Assembly: GCA_000004985.1 (NCBI GenBank)
Contig: GG738883.1
Length of the DNA stretch: 64,000 nucleotides
Source of the DNA: Naegleria gruberi
Taxonomy: Eukaryota
Direction: 5' to 3' (one strand)
Shown piece after piece: positions 51,470 to 62,300 of this stretch. Positions within the stretch are counted from its first letter, which is position 1; each line of letters starts with the position of its first letter. The notes below the pieces were generated by a model. It saw nothing but the letters and a program-made list of their open reading frames with translations. It made no database searches and was not told the origin of the DNA. A program made the position numbers and the translations under genes.

Positions 51470-54025
51470 TTATTGGAATTTCAATAGAACATTATTTTCA
51501 GGATGGTATTCATAGAGAATTTTAGATCCATCTTCAGATATTAATGGTGTTTTACCTTTGATATCTTTTTGAAGGTAATCCATTCCATATTTGGTTAGTA
51601 ATTTCAAAACTATTGGATATCTATTCTTGTCCCTGGCTAGAAAGTGTAAAATATTTCGTTGTTCTGGATTGAGAATTTTAGTCAACTTTGGTTGTTTTTC
51701 AATCATTTTCTCAATAACTTCATTGGTATGAAAAACTGGAAAATGTAAACAAGTATCACCCAATTCATTTTGTTGTTCCAATTCTTCAGGTGTCATTTCA
51801 TCAATTAATTCCATTGCAAATTGATAATTATCAAATGGTAGGGAAATTATTGGCATGGAAATGATTGAACGACCAAGTTTTTCAGAAAATTCTTTGGAAA
51901 TAATGCTTTCTACAGGTGACATGATTCTCTTCATTTCTTCTTCATTGGCCTGTGATTTGATATATCTATAGATTGGATAGAGACCAATTGAGTTATCATT
52001 AATCAAAGAACTTAAAAGTGTTGCTCTCATGAGTAGAATGAAATCATGTCTATCCATCTTGTTTTTAAAGATTTCCAAACATGTTTGAGTACTCTCCCAA
52101 TCAAGTGATAAAATTCTTTCATCTAAATTAGTTGGAATCCATCCAAGTTCAAAGTATTTTTCCAAGCCTGCATAATTGGTAATTCCCATTCTACCTCCTT
52201 GATAAGTATTGGAAATATAAATCAAATAAGCAAGAATATTATCATCTACATAGTGTAATTGAAATTCTTCTAATGAAATATTGTGTTCCATAATATAATC
52301 ACAAATTTGTTTCTTATCAAGAATTGTAAGTGTTAGCAAGGCACTTGATATAAAATCTCTTCTATGTCTAAAATAGGAATATTCAAAATGTTGTTCAATA
52401 TACTCTTTCATTGAATTGATTGTATTATCCACATATAAATGAACCTTGTCAGTGGTATGTGATGAATTATCTAAATATTTTTTACCATTCACATAGATAA
52501 CGTGTGGTGTTGGAGAGTGTATGCCTTCTACATCTTCCAAATGATGACACACAAGTTTACAACTCTTTGGAATATGTTCAAGTAGATCATAATCACCACA
52601 CTAAATTATTGTTATGTATTATGTGTTTCAAATTATTGTAAACTTACCAAACAATCTGATGATGTTTTGAATAATTCAATTTCCTCCAAAGTGGTAAATG
52701 AAGAAAGAATTATTGGATCACAGTGCAAATAATGGTCTTCAACGATGAATTTCAACTTCTTCAATCCCTTACAAACAGAAAGAGCTTGTAAAATTAAATC
52801 ACCACTCTCACTAAGTCTAAGAATCTCCAATTGAGTATTGACATCTAAAAACTCTAAAATATCATTACTTAATTGAAAACGTGATCTTTTTTTAACGGAT
52901 ATTGGTCCACCTGGTAATTCTAAAGCAAAAATATAAGAGTATAATTCTTTTTTGTAATCTTCTTCCTCTTCTGGTTCATCAATAAAGGATGATGATGTTT
53001 TCTTTTTCTTTCTTGGACCCTCTATCTTTCTTGTTTGTGTTAGTTCGAAAATGAGATTCTCCACCTGTTCATCATTTAAATTAACAATGTCATGTAGAGT
53101 GAGTTTCTTTTCCTCATCTTTCTGTTTCTCTTCTTGAATTTCATCATTACCAGTGGTAGTGAAACCATAACTAGCCTTTGTTGCCATCTTTTTCTTTGGT
53201 ACCTGTGCAGTGACATATAACATTGATTTGATGGTATCAATGTGTTTGTAAATAATTGGATCACTTAAATCAATCAAATTCTTTTCAAGCATTGATTGTT
53301 CTTTGATTAAATCTAAGAAATAAATCAAATTGTCTTGATTATTGCCATATTCAAAGGAAAGATTTGATAAATCAATATCAGAACTCTTTAAAATTCTTAA
53401 TTTCATTCTTGAAGCATATTCTCTATTAATTAATCTCATTTTGTGATAGGTTTGAAATTTAGAATCATATATATGAGTATGTTCAAATTTTCTTCTCGAA
53501 TCAACTTGGATAGGATTTAAACAAGATGCAATTCTACTTTTAACTTGTTCATAATTCAACCCTGTCAATTCCATCTTTGATTTGAAATTATTAATTTCAC
53601 TCTTAAAACTATCAATAGGAGAAAAAGTTGGAATAAAATCAATAATTTCATATTTTAAATCTTGTGGAAGTGATTGTAATAAATCACATGAAATTGACAA
53701 CAATTGTTTTTCATCAACACCACGAATTGATTTGGAGGCTTGTTGACGTCTTTGATCTTGAATAATCCACAATTTTACAAGTTCCGGAATGTTTTCATAA
53801 TTTGACCATGAAAATTCATCATTAATATTTCTCTTCAAGGCTTGTTCGAGAAGTGAATGAAACTTTTTAATGGCTTCTTCATTCTGATAGGGAATGGATG
53901 ATTGTTGGTGTCTATATCCACGACCACGACCACTAACTAGTGATTAATTTTGATCTGTTACATTAAATGATCATCAATTTTTGAAACATACTTGATTTAC
54001 GTGCTGTTGCTTTGGTTCTTGCCAT
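51470..54025 (-). CDS. Member 2 of the tandem paralog pair; three exons 54025-53992, 53936-52648, 52600-51470. Introns 53937-53991 (55 nt, GTATGT...CACTAG) and 52601-52647 (47 nt, GTAAGT...TTTAG). First exon encodes MARTKATARKS
   Basis: Track ORFs 52633-53838 and 51470-52552 start at TTG and GTG; the frame is open upstream of 53838 to a TAA. The 34-nt first exon ATG GCA AGA ACC AAA GCA ACA GCA CGT AAA TCA A plus intron joins in frame to -I-SGRGRGYRHQQSSIPYQNEEAIKKFHSLLEQALKRNINDEFSWSNYEN... The second intron (donor after ...SSDCL) joins to CGDYDLLEHIPKSCKLVCHHLEDVEG... Gene order, exon structure and motifs parallel 48677-51347. Confidence 0.55.
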
Positions 54026-54183
54026 TCACTGAGTTAACTCTTTGATATTTTTTTAATGATTTTCTTGTTAGAACTGGATTTTGTTTTTTACAATGAACAA
54101 GACAACCCAATAGAATACGTACTCAAATATTTAATGGTTTTTAAGATGTTTTTATTAATTTTGTCATCTTTTGATAATTGATT

Positions 54184-54862
54184 TTAGGCTTTGAGTTCTT
54201 CTTCTAGAGTAAGACGAGCTTCTTCTTCAATAATACCTCTTTGTAAATCCAAATCTCTCTTATGCCATATTCTCCATTTATCAACATTGAATAAATTAAT
54301 AGCCTTTCCTTTTGGTCTAGCACAAGCGCAACATTGACATAATAACATTTCAATAATTGAATTGCAAAGACTGAACATCTTGAGCCAGAATGGATCTTCC
54401 ATACGAACAGTTGGGTCTGGATTATAATCTTCCATACATTTAATACCAGTCAATGCTCCAACAAGTAAAATTAATAATCCAATAATTGCTGAATTTACAA
54501 TAACTACAACTTGAAGAACAGAAAGTTGATAGGAAAGAACTGCTACTTCATCTTTTGTTGCGTACTATTAAATGATATTAAAGAATAGTTGATGATAATG
54601 GTGATGATGCGTACATAATAATATTATTGTTACTCTTAAAATTACCAATACCTACGTCTGTATTATTAAATAAAGATGTATTCATATTAGGTTCTACAAT
54701 ATTGATATTATTCACGGAATTGATATCTTCCAATGCTGTATAAACAAATGTATTTGAAACAAGTAAAAGAAGAGTTATAACTCCAAAGGCAAAGATACCC
54801 AATCTTTGGGTGAGGGATCGTCTAGATGAAGTATTGGTGCTACCACCCGAAATTCGCTTCAT
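54184..54862 (-). CDS. Small two-TM membrane protein with a Cys cluster (LLCQCCACARPKGK) and an acidic C-terminal helix; one intron of roughly 80-90 nt around 54561-54652 (exact junctions ambiguous)
   Basis: Upstream ORF MKRISGGSTNTSSRRSLTQRLGIFAFGVITLLLLVSNTFVYTALEDINSVNN... (TM 1). Downstream frame ...KDEVAVLSYQLSVLQVVVIVNSAIIGLLILLVGALTGIKCMEDYNPDP... (TM 2) ...DLDLQRGIIEEEARLTLEEELKA. Several phase-compatible donor/acceptor pairs exist (GTAGGT...AATAG phase 0; GTAACA...AAAAG phase 1), so I cannot choose between them. Confidence 0.4.
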
Positions 54863-55213
54863 TGGTTGTCGTTGTTTTGTGTTCGCTCCAATTTTTTATT
54901 TTTAATTTCAAATTTAATTTTAAAAGGCTTTTTTCTATCGTCTTCTAACCATCAAGGAAGAAGAGACAATTTTGGTTACCATGGGTTATATGCATAGAAT
55001 ATTCACCTTCAGAAGGTTGATTCAAGTTCCTTCATTTCTCCTTCCATATAATTATAAAACTACTTATCATTCTATAAACAAGAGGACACAATGCTACGCT
55101 GGTAGCAATACCTGCAAGGCTTGCTTGATATTTTCAACCTTGTCATACAACAATCATCTTCGTGATGCTTTCTTCAGAAATAATTAATATTAATAATTAA
55201 TTATACAAAAAAA

Positions 55214-55672
55214 ATGAGTCAACAAGGAGGATACGTCGATCTTACTCAAATACCACTTCCACAACTTTTAAAATTGAATGAGAGTCTGACAAAGGAAGTT
55301 AATCAATTGACAGCATATTTATCAACATTAAGAGCAGCACACAACAAATATGTTAGTAGTAAATCATCATTGGAACAATTAAAAAAACAAACAGAGAGTA
55401 CACTTATGGTTCCTTTAACAGAATCACTCTATGTTCCAGGTACATTAAAAAATCCAGATAGTGTTTTAGTTGATATTGGAACAGGTTATTTTGTTAAAAA
55501 GCCAATTCCAGAGGCTCAAAATACACTTGAAAGGAGAATTAGACTTGTTAGGGACAGCGCTGAAAAACTTACCAAGACTATTCAAGATCAAAAGGAAACA
55601 CTTGAAAGAGTTCAATATATGGTTAATGCAAAGAGACAAGCTGCTGCTCAACAACAACAATTACAAAAATAA
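55214..55672 (+). CDS. pfdn5: Prefoldin subunit 5
   Basis: 152-aa alpha-class prefoldin layout, with coiled coil, beta-hairpin region and coiled coil. LTQIPLPQLLKLNESLTKEVNQLTAYLSTLRAAHNKYVSSKSSLEQLKK...LMVPLTESLYVPGTLKNPDSVLVDIGTGYFVKKPIPEAQNTLERRIRLVRD closely parallels PFDN5/Gim5 (..LSLPQLEML..QLDQEVEFLS...LLVPLTSSMYVPGKL...VLIDVGTGYYVEK..). True ATG. Confidence 0.75.
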   Translation: MSQQGGYVDLTQIPLPQLLKLNESLTKEVNQLTAYLSTLRAAHNKYVSSKSSLEQLKKQTESTLMVPLTESLYVPGTLKNPDSVLVDIGTGYFVKKPIPEAQNTLERRIRLVRDSAEKLTKTIQDQKETLERVQYMVNAKRQAAAQQQQLQK

Positions 55673-55808
55673 TTATTTATTAAATATTTGAATTTTCATC
55701 ATCAGTTTTGGACATTCTCTGATTATAATACATTTTATAAGAATAATTATGATAAGATAATGTGGAGTTTTATAATAGTATTATCATGATCAGGTAATAG
55801 TATTATTA

Positions 55809-56228
55809 TTAATTTATATTGTTAGATATTGTTAGAAGAATACTTACACTTTGATATTCAACCTTTTCAACTTGGAATTTTGAATCTGTTATTCCGAGAA
55901 TGTTGGCAACATGATAGCCAAGTTTTTCACCTATCGATAATGTCTTTTCAAATAGATTCATATCGGACCAATCTTTGGTAATGAATTTATTCGAAAAGTT
56001 TTCAGTATCGTCGTCATCAAAATCTTCATCTTCCGAATCATGATCATCATCGGCTTTAAACCAGTAGAACCATCCTTTTTGTTTCACTTCTTTGAACGAT
56101 GAAGGAGGTTGTTGTTCAATTTTTGTTGTTGTTGTAAGGATATCATTCCTATCTTTCGTTGATGAGGCAATCTCTTCATTGGTAATTGCTATTTGGGTGT
56201 TATTATTATTAATGAATTGTTTGGACAT
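55809..56228 (-). CDS. Small acidic protein (139 aa) of unknown function
   Basis: ATG MSKQFINNNNTQIAITNEE..., with a D/E-rich block WFYWFKADDDHDSEDEDFDDDD. Codon bias as in neighbours. A GTAAGT occurs just before the stop (55840-45 on minus), so an alternative ~130-nt intron and a different 3' end are conceivable but not supported further. Confidence 0.4.
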   Translation of the reverse strand: MSKQFINNNNTQIAITNEEIASSTKDRNDILTTTTKIEQQPPSSFKEVKQKGWFYWFKADDDHDSEDEDFDDDDTENFSNKFITKDWSDMNLFEKTLSIGEKLGYHVANILGITDSKFQVEKVEYQSVSILLTISNNIN

Positions 56229-56360
56229 ATTTTGTTGTACTTGTGGTTGTATTTTTGGCGCCCAAAACTAACAAAAACAATGTACTTTTTTAAATTTTAA
56301 AACTTTATTAAGAGACAGTCACCTCATATTATTTTATTGATCAAATATTAATAAGAAGAA

Positions 56361-59300
56361 TTATTCGTAAAATCTTTCTTCTTCCTCTTCTTCAGCTTCC
56401 AAATCAGAATCTTCTGGAGATAATTTCATTAAAACCTTTGCGCCATAGTCTTCAATGAATTTAGAATCCTTTGGATTTAATTTCTTAAATGAACAATATT
56501 CAGAAATTGAACGTAAATGATCATTATCAGCAAAACCTAATACATAGAATAAACTTCTCTCATTACATAATTTAGCAGGAATGAATTTATCCTTAATACC
56601 AATTTGTAAAAGTGAATCAACAAAATCAAACATCTTTTCAGTTTGATACTTTTCACGATATGATTTGATTAATTTCTTTACACATTTAGCAACTTCATAT
56701 CTTAAAGCATTAGCAGTTGAAGTAGCAGCCTTTTCAAATTGTGATTTAATAATAGGTAATAAATCAATAGCACATTCATTATTAGAAATTACAATTAAAG
56801 TTGCAGCTTTTGTAAGTGAAATTGCAATTTTAGCAAATTGTGGAGTTGATTGAATAGTTTGTGAAATTTCAATAATTTTAGATAAAACTTTATCTAAAAC
56901 TAGTGAAGATAAAGATTTATCAATACTCCAATAAGCCATTACAATAAATGTAACATATAAATTATCAGGTTGTGAAATAGTTTGATTAATAAAATCAATA
57001 ATAGAATTATCTTTTTGTAAATATAAACCACGTGAACAAATAGCTAAACATTGACTTGTAATATCAAGAATTCTATCTGAATCTTGTTGTACAGCTTGTT
57101 TAGATAGGATTGAATTAGCACATTCAGTAGAATCACATAAAGCCAATGTCTTTTTCAATGTATCAATACATTGATCAAATGGAACACCTTTAACTTTATC
57201 TTGATCACATGCCAATGTTAAAATACTTGTTAAAGTTCTTGTAATTGAAATTACAAAATCATTAACACTTCCTTTACCTGATAATGCATTAGATTTTAAT
57301 GCAACATTTAAAGCAGAAACAAGTGAATCAATTCTACATCCTAAATCAATTAATTTTGGAATTGATTGTTCTGATAATTTTCTTAAAATTGAAGCACTTG
57401 AATCTTGAAGTCCCTTAATAAATGTTGCTTGTAATTGTGGAAGGAATGGTTTTAACATAATTGAACCCTTATCCATTAAAGAACTACATGTTTGAAGTAT
57501 AGCTGCTTTAACACTCCATGGAAAACGATCACCTGCAACTCTAATTAATGGACCTGTTATTTTAATAACATATGGTGATAATTGTTTAGATGATGTCATA
57601 CAAATTAAATCACCAATACCAAGTGCTGAATTTTCACGTGATTCTGGTGTTTTACCAAATAATAAACCATGTAAATATAAATTCAATATTGGTTCAATAC
57701 CTTTTGGTATCTTATTAAATGCAGGTAAATCAATAGAAATTAATTCACCTGTTGATGATACTTGTGTTAATTTACGAATATTTTCACGTGTTGGTTGAAT
57801 AAAATCATTATAATGTACTTCCTTTGATAAACATTTGGAAATTAATTTTTCAACTGCATACCATGCACATTTAACTACATTATCATCTGGATCATTAAAT
57901 GATGTAATTAAATCTTCATAAATTGGTAATAATTCATCATTAATAAAATCTTCTGTTAAATTTTCTTCATTATATTGTGAAGGATTAAACATCATTTGCA
58001 TGAATAAATTAGCTGCACGTCTAACTTTAATATCATTTGATGTCATTTGACTCTTAATTAATTCAAATATAGTATAACTTTCTTGAATATTTAAACATTC
58101 TAATACTTTTGTAATAGTTCTTAAAATTAAAATTGATTCATCAGCAACATTTGTAACACTATCAATATATGGAGAAATTGATAATTGTGTTACAAGTTTT
58201 TCAATCATTGGTAAAATAAATTCAGTCATTTCATCTAAATGATCATTTTCATAAACACTTTCACATACATCACCCAATGTTCTCAATTGTGTATCTGTTA
58301 ATAAACCATTAGAAGATGAATGTGTAGATAAAAGAGCAGGTATTAATTTTGGAAGTACATTTTGTGGTCTAACACGTACTAATTGTTGCATACCAGATGC
58401 AGCAATTTCAACTAATTTTTCATTAGTTGTCTTTTCCAAATCTTGTAATAATTGTTGTACAATTTCCTTAACACAACGATCACCCATAACTCTACATAAA
58501 ACATCAAATGCAGATGATGCAGCATCACGTACAGTTGAATCATCATCACAAATACCTCTCTTTACAATTTGAATTAATTTGATAGAATAAGTTTGTAAAT
58601 GTTTGTCAGATGCAGCTAACATTAATTCAGTTACACCTAAAATAACACCTTGTCTCTTTTCAGGATTTGAATCAATATCTAATAATTGTTGATGTAACAT
58701 TGGAATTAATTCACCAACAACACGTTCACCTAATTTAACAACTAATTCACCCAATGCTTTACCTGCAATAAAACGTTGATCTTCACTCATATTTAAATGT
58801 TTCAAAATACAATCAGTAATACAAGTTAAATGATTCTTCAATGTACTTGGTGTATTTGCAATCATATCTTTCCATAATTTGTTAGCAATACTCTTCAAAT
58901 TAATATCTTGAATTGCAATAAATGTTAATGCAATAATATGTGAAACTAATTCCAATGATAAAACTCTTTCAATAACAGTTAATTGAATTGGATTTTCATC
59001 TAAATGAGACATTTCATCTGAATTACCATATAATGTAGTCATACGTGTTAATAAATCTGTTAATAAAATTAAACAATTATAACGTGTTCTCCATTCTTCT
59101 GATTCTAATCCTTCACGTAATGCAGGAACAAGAATATTCATTGCACTATCAGTAAATAATTCAACAATAACACGTGATGATTGTAATGATGTTTCTCTAA
59201 TACCTTCTTTAGAATGTGAAAGTGCTTTCAAAATTCTTGGTAAACACATTTCCAAGAATGGTTCAAATTGTGATTTCATTAAAGCAGGTAAATAAACAAA

Positions 59301-62300
59301 AACTTGCATATAACCTTCTTGAACTGAATCACCTTCAATTTGTGATAATAAAAATGGTAAAGATTTTTGTAAACGTGAAACACCTTGTGCTGAAATAACT
59401 TCACATAAAGCTTGTGCTGCACCTGATCTTTCAGTTACATATTCATCACCTTGTTGAATTAATTTTTCATGTAACCATGACATGACACCTGATAAATTAT
59501 CTTCACCAACTGATTTACATAATTGACCTATAGCTTTAGCAGATGATGCACGTACTTGTGGATTTGGATCCATTAAAATATTCTTTAAAATTGGTATCAA
59601 ATCAACCATATATGGGAATAAATCTCTCTTTGGATCTAAAATTAAAGCACTAATTGATCCAATAATTTGACATGCCTTCTTTTTAATATCTGTATAACGT
59701 TCTGTTAAAGCACGTGTCAAGACTGGCATTAAAAGTGCCAATGAAGCACTATCAATAGAATGTGTAAATCTTGTAAATAATAAAGATTCTAAAACCTTAT
59801 CAATTGTTTTTTGATCTGGATTTGTTAAAGCATCTAATAATAAAGGTACTTGTTTAGAAATTTCAGGTGATCTTGATGCACCACCTACTCTTTCTAAACT
59901 TCTCTTTGATGCTTCAACAATATCTGGATGTGTTTCATTAACTGCTTCTTTCAATATTTTAATTATAGTTGGTAAATAGGAAGATAATTGTCTTGGAGCA
60001 CAATATGCCATATGACCTAATAATTTAATATTAGCTGCTTTTTGTCTCCAATTATCATTTGATGTAGGTTGAATAACAGAAGGTAATAATTGAATTACTC
60101 CATATGGTGTTAATTGTGATAAAATAGATGAAACAGCTTGTTCTGCACTTGAACGTACTTCCTTTGTTGGATCACTTAATGCATAATTTAAAATAACAGG
60201 CATTACTTCAACAATGTATGGTTCAAATGTATTTTGGAAACGATGTGAAATACATTCCAATGCTAACATACATCCTTCTTTACCTTTTTTATCTGCCTTA
60301 TTATTTGTTAAATATTGATTCATTGGTGAAATACCATATTGATATAAATCTAATAATCCACATCCATATAAAACACCTGCTAATCCCCATGCAAATCCAC
60401 GTTTAACACCATAATTATTTGGAATATTCTTTCCATTTGATAATGTTGTTGTACCATATAATAAAAATGATAATAATCTCTTATTAATTAAATCATTATG
60501 AATATAATCTTGTTCCTTTTCATAAATATTTTGAATTAAAGGTGATAATGCTTCACTAATTGATTTTTGAACTGAATTTGAAGGTATAATTAATGTATCA
60601 ATTAATTGATCAATGGCTTTTTTAATCTTTTGAATATGTGTTTGTGCATTAAAATATTTTGAAACACTTCCATACCAAACAACAACAGTTGCTGTTGCAA
60701 AATCATTTGATGTTTTTTGTAATTGATTAATATATCCATCAAATAATTCAATTAATAAATTTGCATCATGTTTACCATGATTATAAACAAGTGCTAAACC
60801 AATATTAACCATTTCATCTAATAATTCTTGATAACATGATTCTAAATTAGTTTCAATTAATCTAAAACCATCATTAACAATAAAATCAAATAATAATTTC
60901 AATTCATATTTTGTAAATGGTGAAATTTCTTGTAATAACCATGAAATTGTAATTAAAGGTTCAAAACTCTTTTCATTTTCAAGTTTTAATTGTTTTTCTT
61001 TAAATGTTTTAATAACTCTATTTAAAATAGATTGAACAAGTAAAGAATTTGAATCACCTTTTTTCATTGAAATATTTGTATCAGATCCAATTAATTCTTT
61101 TAATGCACCTGTTATAGTTAAACATGAATTATTTCTAGAATAATAAGAATCATATTTAGTTTCACATGTAATTAAAGGAATTGATTTTTCAATAACTTGA
61201 TTTAAATTTGATTTAAATTGTTCTTTTTGAATGAATGGTTTTGATAAAACTTTACATTCTTCACTTGTATCAAATTGTGAATAATATAAAATAAATTTAA
61301 TATCATCCAATGTATTTAATGATAACTTTTTCAAATCACCCTTTGTTAAATATTGACAAAGTGTTTTTAAACAATATAATCTAACATTTTCCATTTCAGA
61401 ATACATAATAGAATGTATCATTGATTTAAATTCATCAATTAAATAAGGTGACATTGACATCATTGAATTAAATCCTTGCTTATTTAAATGTGGAATAAAA
61501 GGTAAAACTTCATTAACACAAATTTCCATTACCTTATTTCTAATAAGACTTGTTAAATCTGATTTACCTGCATGTGCTGATAAAATACTCATACATGTTG
61601 TTAATGAAGATGATTCAAAACGATGTTCTGGTTTAGAAATAATTGATTGTCTATTTAAAATAGATTCTAATAATGGTAATAAACATGTAAATTCTTCAGA
61701 TTCTAACATGTTTGGAAATTGTAATCTAATTTTATGAATAATATAATCTCCAAATGTTACATTATTATCATGTGTTGGAATATAACGTGTTAATTTATCT
61801 TCATATTCTCCACTTTCATTATTAAACATATTTTTAATACGGAATGTTGCAATTGCTAACATTTCTGCAATACATTCATTTGAAACTGTATTCTTTCTTC
61901 TACTTGTTGTTTTAGGTTGTGAATCATTAGCAAAATCTAAATGTACCAATGTATTTCTATTAACATTCTTTAATATATTAAATGCTTGTGATGAAATTGG
62001 TGCAAAATATTTATATTTATCTAATAAACTTGTTACATTAAATAATAATAATGACCAAGCAAATTTAATATAATGTGTACGAATATGATGTTCTTCAACT
62101 TTATCATTTGATGTATTAGAAGTAGTAGTATTAGAAGTAGTAGTATTAGATGAAGTAGTATTAGAAGAAGTAGTATTAGATGTAATATGAGAATGTTCTG
62201 AAATATTACTAATAGATGTATTATCATCATCTAATGAACTTGTTGTAATAATATCAATTGAAACTTTATCACCATTTGTTAAAAGAGTAATATCATTAAT

